From contig CAVUZH010000015.1 of NCBI GenBank assembly GCA_963745835.1, positions 64,001 through 128,000 on the forward strand: 64,000 nucleotides of DNA, given 5' to 3'. This DNA comes from an uncultured delta proteobacterium (GTDB taxonomy: Bacteria > Desulfobacterota > Binatia > UBA9968). Under the pieces are notes generated by a model that was not told the DNA's origin, did not search any database, and saw nothing but the letters and a program-made list of their open reading frames with translations. This document shows positions 19,761 through 29,386 of the stretch, in pieces. The stretch's first letter is position 1. Every line of letters begins with the position of its first letter. Both the position numbers and the translations under genes were made by a program.

Positions 19761-20047
19761 CTTGTTGCACTCTCCTTCTGAATCGTTGCTAAAGGCATTG
19801 CCGGCTCGCCATCCGGTTCCGTTTTAACGTCCGCGGCCTTGCCCCGCTTGACATAAATCAGGCAACTGACAATCCCGCCGACAACGGCATAGGGTGTCGC
19901 CATCAAGAACAACACGCTCATGTTGAACGCTTCCGTGACCGAGTCATCACCTGCGCCGGTCAGGCAAACCGCGCAAGCATGCGCCAGGGTCGGCGCCAAA
20001 AGCGCCAGACAAGCAAGCGGCAGAATCCTTTTCATCAATGCAGTCAT
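19757..20047 (-). CDS. Small exported/membrane protein with CAVC motif
   Basis: Signal peptide ending AHA, then CAVC and one TM helix; stop overlaps the next start. Confidence 0.7.
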   Translation of the reverse strand: MTALMKRILPLACLALLAPTLAHACAVCLTGAGDDSVTEAFNMSVLFLMATPYAVVGGIVSCLIYVKRGKAADVKTEPDGEPAMPLATIQKESATR

Positions 20048-20101
20048 CGTTAGATAACGAGCCGAAGCTAACGGATCATCTTTTCGCTGTCAACAAAACC
20101 C

Positions 20102-20764
20102 TCAATACAGGTAAACCAATCCATAAAGAATCGGCCACAGGGCGACAACAAACGTCCAATACATGGCACAGACTTGCACGCCGGTGTGCTTTTGTCGTGA
20201 GAAGTAACCCCGGTTTGCTCGCACAAACACCAAAGTCAACCAGGCCAGCGCGCCGGCCACATGGAATGCGTGAAATCCGATCAAAGTATAAAATAGCCCG
20301 CCGTAAATACTGCTCGAAACCGTCAGCCCGAAGTGAATCAGCCGAGCCCACTCGTACCCTTGGATCAGCAGGAACACACCGCCGAGCGCGGCAGTCGTCG
20401 CCAACATACGTTTTAGACGGCGCATCGCTCCGGCACGAACCGAGCGGAGTGCCATATGCATGGTCACCGCGCTGGCAAGCAAAACAATTGTATTCACACC
20501 GGTGATACCGACCGGCAATCTGGGTTGAAACGGTGGCGGCCATATCGAACTGCCGATTCGAAAAACGATGAACGCGCCTATGAGCCCGGCAAAGAACATC
20601 GCCTCAGCGCCAAGAAACATGACGGTTGCGAGCCAAGCATTACTAGCAATTGGCGCATTGGGTTGCACCGGAGGCGCCGGCGGATCACCGCCGCCAAACT
20701 CGAGCCGGGTCGCTGGAGTAATCGGCGCTTCCTCGAGTCGTCGTGCCGTCGAAGTTCGTGCCAT
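20102..20764 (-). CDS. Cytochrome c oxidase subunit III (first copy)
   Basis: FLGAEAMFFAG, GFHAFHV, YWTFVVALW. Confidence 0.9.
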   Translation of the reverse strand: MARTSTARRLEEAPITPATRLEFGGGDPPAPPVQPNAPIASNAWLATVMFLGAEAMFFAGLIGAFIVFRIGSSIWPPPFQPRLPVGITGVNTIVLLASAVTMHMALRSVRAGAMRRLKRMLATTAALGGVFLLIQGYEWARLIHFGLTVSSSIYGGLFYTLIGFHAFHVAGALAWLTLVFVRANRGYFSRQKHTGVQVCAMYWTFVVALWPILYGLVYLY

Positions 20765-20830
20765 AATCGTCGCGAATAAAGACTACGAAATGCTCCCGCT
20801 CGTCAATCAGCTCTCGCCGATCCGGTTTTC

Positions 20831-20962
20831 TCAATATGCAATGATGAAGGCGATAACCGCGCCGATATAGAGCACCAGAGCTATCGCTAACAAAGATCCA
20901 AGACGCCGATTCTTTCCCCGATTTTCTCTTATTGAAAAAATACTGTTCATCGTCTTACTCAT
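20831..20962 (-). CDS. 43-aa single-TM protein inside the oxidase operon (below ORF-track cutoff)
   Basis: MSKTMNSIFSIRENRGKNRRLGSLLAIALVLYIGAVIAFIIAY; ATGA overlap with the ctaB stop. Confidence 0.7.
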   Translation of the reverse strand: MSKTMNSIFSIRENRGKNRRLGSLLAIALVLYIGAVIAFIIAY

Positions 20963-21864
20963 GACGGCACCCGGTCCAAGGCCATCATTAACAACAGCAC
21001 CGGCAGATAAATCAATGAAGCGTATAATAGCCGGCGAGCGCCAATCAAGGTCGATTCCATTGCCAAGCGGAGCCCACTGACGAGAAATCCAACGCCAAGA
21101 ACGAACGCGACTACAAAATAAATTGCACCCGCTAAGCCTAGAAGGGTCGGCAACAGACTGACGGCGAGCAAAGCCGCGCAGTGAGAAACGATCTGGCGAT
21201 TGGTGCTGGAGCTTCCAGGCTCAATGACCGGTAGAAATTGAATTCCTGCTTTCGCATAATCGTCACGGTACAACCAGGCGATCGCTAGTGTATGCGGCAC
21301 CTGCCAGAGAAATAGAATGGCAAACAAGACCCAGGCATCGACATCCAAGATGCCTCGGGCGGCTACGCAGCCGATCACCGGGGGCAGGGCGCCGGGGATT
21401 GCGCCGATGATCAAGCACAACGGGCTCTTTCGCTTCATCGGCGTATAAAAGAGTAAGTAAGTCACCGTGATCAGCGCGGTAATTGCGGCACTGATGGCAT
21501 TCACCGCTACAGCGAGATAGGCAAGCCCGGCGATAGTCACCGCCAAGCCAAACCAAAAAGCTTCTACCGGCGTGACCCGTCCGTCCGGGATTGGCCGGTG
21601 GCGCGTCCGCGTCATCAGAGCATCGCTTCGACGCTCGATAAACTGGTTCAGCGCCAATGTACCGCCGGCAGCCAGCGCGGTGCCGAGAAGCATTTTAAGT
21701 AGCCGAGAATAATCCGGCACATCGGAAGAGCCGACGTAAAAACCGACAAATGCCGTAATCAGCACCATGAGCACAACCCTCGGCTTGGCAAGCTCGCAAA
21801 AATCCGCTACCCGGCGAATCACACGCGCCGTCGGCAAGTCGAGGGTTTGAGTGTTCGAGTTCAT
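20959..21864 (-). CDS. ctaB: Heme O synthase (protoheme IX farnesyltransferase)
   Basis: ELAKPRV, LNQFIERRSDALMTRTRHRPIP, FLWQVPH, YRDDY. Confidence 0.95.
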   Translation of the reverse strand: MNSNTQTLDLPTARVIRRVADFCELAKPRVVLMVLITAFVGFYVGSSDVPDYSRLLKMLLGTALAAGGTLALNQFIERRSDALMTRTRHRPIPDGRVTPVEAFWFGLAVTIAGLAYLAVAVNAISAAITALITVTYLLFYTPMKRKSPLCLIIGAIPGALPPVIGCVAARGILDVDAWVLFAILFLWQVPHTLAIAWLYRDDYAKAGIQFLPVIEPGSSSTNRQIVSHCAALLAVSLLPTLLGLAGAIYFVVAFVLGVGFLVSGLRLAMESTLIGARRLLYASLIYLPVLLLMMALDRVPS

Positions 21865-22805
21865 ACTGAGCATTGCTCCGTAAAAACTTCTTGCCCTGCG
21901 GCAGTTGCCACGGTTGGGTAACGATAAGATCGCAATGTCAGTATCAGACTTGTCACGAGCATAAGAGCGCCTGCCGCCAGATGCGTCGTGGTAAGAAACA
22001 CCGTCGCATCAATGGGTATTCTTAGTATGGTGGTAAATTTCGCGAGATACGAGACCGTCCCCAAGAATAGCTGCAGCAACAACATTGCACTGAGAAACAG
22101 CGCCGGACGAGTAAGCCGACGATGATCACCGTGGTCTTTGAAAATCCTGGCGGTGAGAAGGATGACGTGCAACGTTACCAGGGCGGCAAAAAACAAATGG
22201 GCATCGAGCCGCTCCCCGGTATGCCGCAGCACCGCGCCAAACAACACTTGCAGGTAGATGAGTCCGGTTGTCACGGCGGCAAGACGGCGCAAACGTCCAT
22301 AAGCGGCAAGCGGCGGTTCGGCGATCCTCTCGCGCCACTCTGGAGAGGTAAACAGAGCCAGGCTTACCGTAAGCGCAAAGAACGCTTGGGCCAATGAGGC
22401 GTGAACAATCGCCAGGGATTGTTCTAATAAGGTCACCCGTAAACCGCCGAGCACGCCTTGTACGACGACCAGCGCGAGCGCGATCACTCCCAGCCAACGC
22501 AACCATTTGCGGCGCTCCTGTAACCATAGCGACAAGGCTAAGGCAATGGTCAGGAATCCCACGGCTGAGGCAACCAGGCGGTGGCTATGCTCATAGAAGA
22601 TGTTGCCGACCATCTTCGACCAGGGATAAAGAAACATGTTGTAGCCAAAGGTGGTGGGCCAATCAGGGACCGCCAACCCTGCGCCCTTGCTGGTAACGAG
22701 GCCGCCGATAAACAATAACGGAAATGTCGCGCAAGCCGTGATCACCGCCAGCCGATGGGGCCACACCGAAACCAGTGACCCGTTGCCTGCCCGTTCAGCT
22801 TTCAT
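21861..22805 (-). CDS. ctaA: Heme A synthase, COX15/CtaA family
   Basis: GGLVTSKGAGLAVPDWP, FYEHSHR, QGVLGG, IVH, TTH. Confidence 0.88.
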   Translation of the reverse strand: MKAERAGNGSLVSVWPHRLAVITACATFPLLFIGGLVTSKGAGLAVPDWPTTFGYNMFLYPWSKMVGNIFYEHSHRLVASAVGFLTIALALSLWLQERRKWLRWLGVIALALVVVQGVLGGLRVTLLEQSLAIVHASLAQAFFALTVSLALFTSPEWRERIAEPPLAAYGRLRRLAAVTTGLIYLQVLFGAVLRHTGERLDAHLFFAALVTLHVILLTARIFKDHGDHRRLTRPALFLSAMLLLQLFLGTVSYLAKFTTILRIPIDATVFLTTTHLAAGALMLVTSLILTLRSYRYPTVATAAGQEVFTEQCSV

Positions 22806-22816
22806 CGTTCGTTTTC

Positions 22817-24568
22817 TCAATGCGCCCGAGCGGCCGTTTTGACAAGCGGCTTGTCCTGCGGCAGCCAATCCTCTTGGACCTCGGGCGAGCTATACTCGTA
22901 GGGGCCGCGGTAAACCGTCGGTTGAACCTCGAAATTGCCGTGCGGCGGCGGTGTCGGCGCAGACCACTCCAGGGTGTTGGCTTGCCAAGGGTTACGCTCG
23001 GCTTTCTTTCCGGCAAAAAGACTCCAGAAGAAATTGATCAAGAACGGCAGCTGAGAAAGCCCCAACAGCAAGGCGTTGATGGTAATGAAAACATTCCAGT
23101 CCTGTAGCGGCTGGAGAAATTCATACTGCGTCGGATTATAAATGCGCCGCATATGCCCGCCGACACCGAGAAAATGCATCGGAAAGAAAGTTAAATTGAA
23201 GAAGATATAGGTCAGGACAAAATGAATTTTTCCCAGAGGCTCGCTCATCATCCGGCTGAACATTTTGGGAAACCAGTAATAGACTGCGGCAAACAGCGCG
23301 AAAATGATGCCCGCGACCACGTAGTGAAAGTGAGCAACGATGTAATAGGTGTCATGAATAAAGATATCGACCGGGGTCGAGGCCATGAAGATGCCGCTCA
23401 AACCGCCAATCAGGAAGTTTGAAACAAAACCCAGGGCAAACAGCATCGGTGAAGTAAGCCGAATACTTCCACCCCAAAGAGTTCCGAGCCAATTAAACAC
23501 TTTGATCGCCGATGGAACCGCGATCACCATCGTCGTCATCATGAAGGCGGTGCCGAGCAGCGGGTTCATGCCGCTGATAAACATATGATGGCCCCAGACA
23601 ACCCACGAGAGGAAGGCGATCGCGATCATGGAGAAGGCCATCGCATGATAGCCAAAGATTGGCTTGCGCGAAAAAGTCGAAAGCAAATCGGAAGTCACTC
23701 CCATGGCGGGAAGAACCAGAATGTAGACCTCCGGATGGCCGAAAAACCAGAACATATGCTGCCAGAGAAGCGGTTGCCCGCCGCCAGCAGGAAGAAAGAA
23801 GCTCGTACCAAGGGTCCGATCAAACAGCAGCATGGCCAATGCAGCGGTCAATACCGGCAAAGCCAACAAAAGCAGGATGGCCGTGACAAAAAGCGACCAA
23901 ACGGTTAGAGGCATGCGGAAGTAGGTCATCCCCGGCGCCCGCATGTTGACGATGGTCGTGATGTAATTGATCGAGCCCATCAGAGACGAGATGCCGAGCA
24001 CGAGCAAACTGATAATCCAGAGATCCTGGCCTAGATCCACGCCCGTGTATGCGGCCCTCGCTGAAAGAGTTGCATAACCGGTCCATCCGGCCGCGGCCGG
24101 CCCGCCCGGTACCAAAAAACTCGCTAGCATGATCACACCAGCGACCGCGCCGACCCAGAACGAAAGCATGTTCAAGAGCGGAAAAGCCATATCCCGCGTG
24201 CCGATCATCAATGGAATAAGGAAGTTGCCGTAGCAGCCGACCATGATCGGCATGACCACGAAGAAGATCATGATGGTCGCGTGCATGGTAAAGAGCGCAT
24301 TGTAGGTCTGCGGCGGAATGATGCCTTCGTACATATAAGGCTCAGGAATAGCGCTCAACCCGGGAACGGCGGTTTCCGGCCACGCCAATTGCCAGCGCAT
24401 CATCATCGCCAGCAATCCACCGATGATCAACATCAATAAGCCCATAAACAAAAACTGGCGGCCGATCATCTTGTGATCCGTAGAAAAGATGTAGGTGCGC
24501 CAAAAGCCAAGCTCTTCATGATGCGCGTGCGCTACGTGCGCGGCGCCGGCCGCTACTGTCTGACTCAT
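22817..24568 (-). CDS. ctaD: Cytochrome c oxidase subunit I (A1-type)
   Basis: STDHK, TMHAT, FGHPEVY, WGHHMF, VAHFHY. Confidence 0.97.
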   Translation of the reverse strand: MSQTVAAGAAHVAHAHHEELGFWRTYIFSTDHKMIGRQFLFMGLLMLIIGGLLAMMMRWQLAWPETAVPGLSAIPEPYMYEGIIPPQTYNALFTMHATIMIFFVVMPIMVGCYGNFLIPLMIGTRDMAFPLLNMLSFWVGAVAGVIMLASFLVPGGPAAAGWTGYATLSARAAYTGVDLGQDLWIISLLVLGISSLMGSINYITTIVNMRAPGMTYFRMPLTVWSLFVTAILLLLALPVLTAALAMLLFDRTLGTSFFLPAGGGQPLLWQHMFWFFGHPEVYILVLPAMGVTSDLLSTFSRKPIFGYHAMAFSMIAIAFLSWVVWGHHMFISGMNPLLGTAFMMTTMVIAVPSAIKVFNWLGTLWGGSIRLTSPMLFALGFVSNFLIGGLSGIFMASTPVDIFIHDTYYIVAHFHYVVAGIIFALFAAVYYWFPKMFSRMMSEPLGKIHFVLTYIFFNLTFFPMHFLGVGGHMRRIYNPTQYEFLQPLQDWNVFITINALLLGLSQLPFLINFFWSLFAGKKAERNPWQANTLEWSAPTPPPHGNFEVQPTVYRGPYEYSSPEVQEDWLPQDKPLVKTAARAH

Positions 24569-24625
24569 CGTGTTATAATCCTCCGTGAATCTGCTTCGGA
24601 TGAATCCGATCTAGAATGGAAGTGT

Positions 24626-25300
24626 TTACTGCTGCTTGGCGGCCAAATTTTCTGCCGCCCATTTGGCGTAATCTTCGGCGCTGTGGACGTGCAGCCACCC
24701 CTTCATACCGGAGTGGCCGAAGCCGCACAATTCTGCGCAAGGGAGTTCATACCTTCCGGGTTTAGTCGCTTCGAACCAACCCGTCACTGTGCGTCCCGGA
24801 ACCATATCTTGCTTGAACCGAAGGTTGGGAATGAAAAAGCTGTGAATCACATCTTCGGATCCGAGATGGACGTGGACGACCTTATTGACCGGCACATGAA
24901 CATCGTTGTCGAATTTGATGTCATCCTCGGTGCCGAGTTTGCCGTCGGCGCCCGGGTAAGCAATGCCCCAGTTAAACTGTTTGGCGGTAACTTGGATGGC
25001 GAAATCACTGGGCGGCACCGTATTTTTCAACTTTGCCCAGGTGTTCACACTCATGAACGAAAGAACGATCAGTATAGCGGCTGGAATAATCGTCCAAATG
25101 ATCTCAAGCGTCGTGTTGCCGTGACTATAGGTTGCGCGCCGGCCGGGCCGTTCGCGGTACATCACTAAGAACAAGACCATTAACACCGTGACTAGGATAA
25201 AAGTGGCGGCCGTGATGTAATAGATAAGAAAAAATAACGAGTCTATTTCGTGACCATAGGTCGATACATCTTCTGGCAACCAGCGCATCATCTCTAGCAA
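24626..25300 (-). CDS. coxB: Cytochrome c oxidase subunit II (CuA, no fused cytochrome c)
   Basis: LEIIWT, DVIHSFFIP, CAELCGFGHSGM. Confidence 0.96.
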   Translation of the reverse strand: MLEMMRWLPEDVSTYGHEIDSLFFLIYYITAATFILVTVLMVLFLVMYRERPGRRATYSHGNTTLEIIWTIIPAAILIVLSFMSVNTWAKLKNTVPPSDFAIQVTAKQFNWGIAYPGADGKLGTEDDIKFDNDVHVPVNKVVHVHLGSEDVIHSFFIPNLRFKQDMVPGRTVTGWFEATKPGRYELPCAELCGFGHSGMKGWLHVHSAEDYAKWAAENLAAKQQ

Positions 25301-25678
25301 TCCATCCTTGTGTTTGGGGCAATGGGCAGAAAAACTTCAATTTAGCTAACATAGGCACCTGGCCATTTCAAGGGGAAAGCCGCCCCACATCGCGACGCCA
25401 ATGCCACTTTGCCGCGCTTGCTTTTGCTCCAATCCATGTCAGCTCACGCAGATCTCCGAGGCTAAGCAAATCAAGATGATCAGACGGCAATGGATTGCCT
25501 AGAAAAAATTTTAGAGCCGCAAACGGATTGGGTCACCGTTCATCGGTAGTATCGGTGTTCGGTATTGCCATTGGAGCGACGCTGGCATAAAGCGTGAGTT
25601 GAGTTCAATGAATGCTTCGATACCGCCGAGGCATTGTCTCGTCGCGAAATAGATCGTCACTAGCAGGAGAGCTTCACA

Positions 25679-27357
25679 ATGAATCAAAGTGAAACATTGA
25701 GTCGGTTGCATCCGCCAACGGAAAAGTTAGCGCTTTGAACCCGATGGGGTACCCGCCAATCATCGAACAACTGGGTATGGCGCCGCGGTTTGAGAGTCTA
25801 AACGACAAAACGATTTATTTGGTCGATGTTCATTTCGTCGATGGCGACAAACTGCTGCAACAGATGCAAGCTTGGTTCGCCGAACACTTGCCCAAAGCAA
25901 GAACGATCTTGGCGAGCAAAGCGGGTGTTTACACGGAAGATGATCCAAAGCTCTTTAGCGAAATCCGCGAGCACGATGCTGCCGCCGTTATGGCGGTCGG
26001 GCATTGAAGCACGTGCGCGCCGGCGGTCGCCGTGCATTGTATTACTCTGGAAAGCCAGTATGGCGTGCCGACGGTGGGTGTCCACGCCAAACCTTTCGCT
26101 TCGGTCGTAAGATCCGTCGCTTATACCAAAGGAATGCCGCATCAGAGGTTCGCCTTTGTCCCGATGCCTGTGATGGGCAAAACCTCTGCCGAACTGAAAG
26201 CCTATATCGACGGCATCGATCCGGTAACCGGCAAACCCTTAATGGAGGAAATCGTTGAGGCGCTGACAAGGCCGCTGAGCGATCAGGAGAAGCAGAAGAT
26301 CAAGATCGATCGGTCAACGCCGAGGCTGATTGATCCCGACAACGAGAGTAATCTGCAGCGTTTGTTCTTGGATAACGGTTGGACCGACCATTTGCCAATC
26401 GTCGTCCCGACCGAAGAGACGGTGGCAGCGATGCTGTCTGGCACCCGCCGCAAAGCGGATGAGGTGGTGGGCACGATGCGCCCGACACGCACCCGGGAGG
26501 GATGGCAGTTCACCGTGGAGAAGGTTGCGGTGAACGCGGTCATGGCCGGCGCTAAACCTGAATACCTCCCAGTCATCCTGGCGCTTGCGGCCTCAGAAGT
26601 CACGGCCCGACCGAGCACCACCACTTCCGGCGCCACCATGGCAGTAGTAAATGGACCGATCCGGCATCAGATCGGCATGAACTGGGGAATTGGCGCGATG
26701 GGACCTTACAACCACGCGAACGCCACCATCGGTAGGGCTTTCGGACTGCTGTCGCAGAATCTGCAAGGCGGCTCCGTGCCGGGCGAAACCTACATGGGTT
26801 CCCAAGGGAACAACTATGCGTATAACAGCATCACCTACGCGGAAAATGAGGAAAGAAGTCCCTGGACGCCGCTCCACGTCCAGCATGGCTTTAATACCAG
26901 CGACAGCGTTGTCAGCCTATTTAGGCATTGTCGCACGACGTCGTTCCAGATGGGACTTCGAGAAAAACATTGGCGCAACCATGTTCAGTATCTGCTTCGA
27001 GGTCTAAACCCACACACACCGCCCACTCTCATACTCGATCCGATCGTGGCGCGGCAATTTATTGATAGGGGCGGCTTCGATACCAAAGATAAATTGATTC
27101 AATGGATCTACGAGCACGCCACTATACCGGCCGGCATTTATTGGGATGATCAACTTATTCAAAACTACATTCACCCAAGGGCCGTCAAGGGCGAGGAGCC
27201 CTACGCCACCAAGCTCAAAGCGGCTGCCGATGAACTCGTACCGATGTTTCGCTTAGACGAAATAGAGGTGGTGGTCGGCGGCGGCGAAACCAACGGCTAC
27301 TGGCGAGTGATGGGTTGCAACTACGACAAGAGCGTCTCTATCGACGCATGGAGATAG
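25679..27357 (+). CDS. UGSC-like candidate selenoprotein: Trx-like UxxC domain fused to an uncharacterised domain; in-frame TGA at 26005-26007 and a probable 1-nt indel near 25725
   Basis: ORFs 25735-26007 and 26032-27357 share a frame: ...MAVGH-TGA-STCAPAVAVHC...; AGGAGA RBS before ATG 25679; C-terminal WTDHLPIVVPT, EKVAVNAVMAG. Confidence 0.82.
26009..26035 (+). promoter_or_regulatory. Candidate bacterial SECIS hairpin
   Basis: GCACG-T-GCG-CGCCGGCGGT-CGC-CGTGC stem-loop starting 2 nt after the UGA. Confidence 0.5.
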
Positions 27358-27395
27358 CCCGGATCGATCACGATCACATTCACGATTGCGCAACC

Positions 27396-28424
27396 CTAGC
27401 GCAAGCTAAAGATCTGCTTCCAAAGCTGTTCGTACCTGGAGAACTCCCGGTATTCTTTCTCGCCCAGGCCGTAGACGGTTTTGAGCCCGATAGCCTCGGC
27501 GGGCTCGACTTTCGGATTCGCCGGCACCCGCCCCTCGATACCGAACGCCTTTTGCCCTTCGTCCGAAGCCGCCCAGCGATGAAACAACCACGCGGTGTTT
27601 GGGTGAGGCGCGTTTTTGAAGACGGCGGTGGCGCTGATCAAGCCGACGCCGAAACTGCGCATGTAATTCAATGGCGCTCCCTTCTGCATTCTTGGCAGCA
27701 GATGATGGGTGTAACAGGTTAAGCAGACCGCGCCCTGCCCAGCCGTCAGCAGTTCCGCCAACTGCGGGTGGCCACTATGAAACTCGACATTATTGGCGGC
27801 AATTTTTTTAAACAACTCGATCGCTTTATCGCTGCTTTTATATCTCTGTTCGGCAAAGGCGATCAAAAATTCGGCGTCACGAGGTTCGGCCAACAGCTTG
27901 CCTTTCCATTTCGCATCGGCAAACTCTTCGAAACTCTTAGGCTCGTCCGATTTACTCACCAGTTGCGTATTCCAGGCCGCCACCAACGTGTTGAAACGGG
28001 TCGCGATCCAATAGGAACCCTTGAGATGATTTGAAAACACGTCGGCTTCCGCCGGCAGCTTCTCCAGCACCAAGCCTTGCTCATGCAGCTGCATGATGTT
28101 TTCCAGGTTCATGTGAAAAACATCGCCAATGGTTCTGCCGCCGCGCGCCTCGGAAATCGCCCGGGCGACGATCTTGTCGGAACTTGCTCCGGTGTTGACC
28201 GTCTTGAGACCGGGAAAACGTTTCTCGAATAGCGGCAGAACTTTAGCCGCAGTGTCCGGGGTTAAAGTACCGTAGACGTTGAGCGCGCCGCCCTCCTTCA
28301 ACGCCCGTTGATAAGTCTCTTCGATACTCTGGGCATTGACCGGCAAAGAGTAGATCAGCGTCGCCGCAGAAAGGATGATGCAAAACAATAATTTCCGTAC
28401 CGCTGCTTGGCCGATTAGCCGCAT
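27396..28424 (-). CDS. Extracellular solute-binding protein (iron/thiamine-type fold)
   Basis: Signal peptide; ALKEGGALNVYG, KWKGKL, NAPHPNTAWLF. Confidence 0.85.
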   Translation of the reverse strand: MRLIGQAAVRKLLFCIILSAATLIYSLPVNAQSIEETYQRALKEGGALNVYGTLTPDTAAKVLPLFEKRFPGLKTVNTGASSDKIVARAISEARGGRTIGDVFHMNLENIMQLHEQGLVLEKLPAEADVFSNHLKGSYWIATRFNTLVAAWNTQLVSKSDEPKSFEEFADAKWKGKLLAEPRDAEFLIAFAEQRYKSSDKAIELFKKIAANNVEFHSGHPQLAELLTAGQGAVCLTCYTHHLLPRMQKGAPLNYMRSFGVGLISATAVFKNAPHPNTAWLFHRWAASDEGQKAFGIEGRVPANPKVEPAEAIGLKTVYGLGEKEYREFSRYEQLWKQIFSLR

Positions 28425-28451
28425 TGGCGTCTCCTATTTGAAGAATGAGAC

Positions 28452-28481
28452 TTCGTAACAGAGGGTGTTTCAAGTTGTCAA
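28452..28481 (-). promoter_or_regulatory. Possible sigma70 promoter for the 27396-28424 gene
   Basis: Minus-strand TTGACA-N18-TACGAA; AGGAGA RBS before the ATG. Confidence 0.45.
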
Positions 28482-28679
28482 GATAAGAACCGTCAGATGG
28501 TCAATCGTCAACAGGACATCGGCGTTTGTGATTGCAATCTAATACGAGCTGAATTTTGAAAGTTAAAGGTCAAAAGACGGCAACGAGCTTTTTGATACAA
28601 GCGCCAGATTGCAGCCACCACCAGTCGGCGGCTCAGGTTTGCAAAGCCTACGGAGCGATGTTAATCACAGTGCGACTGC

Positions 28680-29198
28680 TTGAATTCGCTACTTCAATCC
28701 ATGACCCGACTACATTCTGTGAGTCTCCTGCTGCATCTCCTGGCGCTGGCCATGTGGCTCGGCGGGATAGCTTTTTTTCTGATCGTTTTTGGACCGGCGG
28801 TGCACGATTTAAAGGCTGGGCTGGGTTTAAGACTTTTGAACCGCGGGCGGATAACCTTTGAATTGCTGTCCTGGACAGCGATCGGGCTGTTAGTCGTTAC
28901 AGGAATACTGAACCTGGTCCTGCGCAGCCAAATGACCGGCGCTCACCTGGGACAGTATTATCTGACGATTCTGTCAGTCAAGCTGCTGCTCTTTGTCGCG
29001 ATGGTGGTTCATCATGCGCTGCAAGTGTTCAAGTATGGCCCTAAGATCGCTTCCAATACCAATCAGGCAGCAATCACCACAGACTCGTGGCCGGAAGCTT
29101 TACGCGCGGACTGGCAAAAATGGTTTATGCTGCTAAAGATCAACGCTACGATCGGCCCAATCGCAACCTTACTGGGCCTGGCACTCGTCAGGCGTTAA
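28680..29198 (+). CDS. CopD/DUF4149-like 4-TM membrane protein
   Basis: LHLLALAMWLGG, TGILN, VKLLL...HH. Confidence 0.75.
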   Translation: MNSLLQSMTRLHSVSLLLHLLALAMWLGGIAFFLIVFGPAVHDLKAGLGLRLLNRGRITFELLSWTAIGLLVVTGILNLVLRSQMTGAHLGQYYLTILSVKLLLFVAMVVHHALQVFKYGPKIASNTNQAAITTDSWPEALRADWQKWFMLLKINATIGPIATLLGLALVRR

Positions 29199-29240
29199 AC
29201 GCGGTATGCGAGCATAACGGGCGCTCTACAAATTACGAAC

Positions 29241-29323
29241 TCACCACGAACCGCAGGTCACGAAGGCTTTGACGGGTACCGGATATTCTTAAGCTTCGTG
29301 CTGTTCGTGACCTCGGTGGTGAA
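29241..29323. repeat. Intergenic hairpin of CACGAA/TTCGTG micro-repeats between convergent genes
   Basis: tcaccacgaa...tcacgaag ... cttcgtg ctgttcgtg acctcggtggtgaa. Confidence 0.7.
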
Positions 29324-29386
29324 AGTCATGTCCTATTTACTTCCGTCTGATATCTCAACTGTCATATCTTTCGTCAAATCGGTTCG

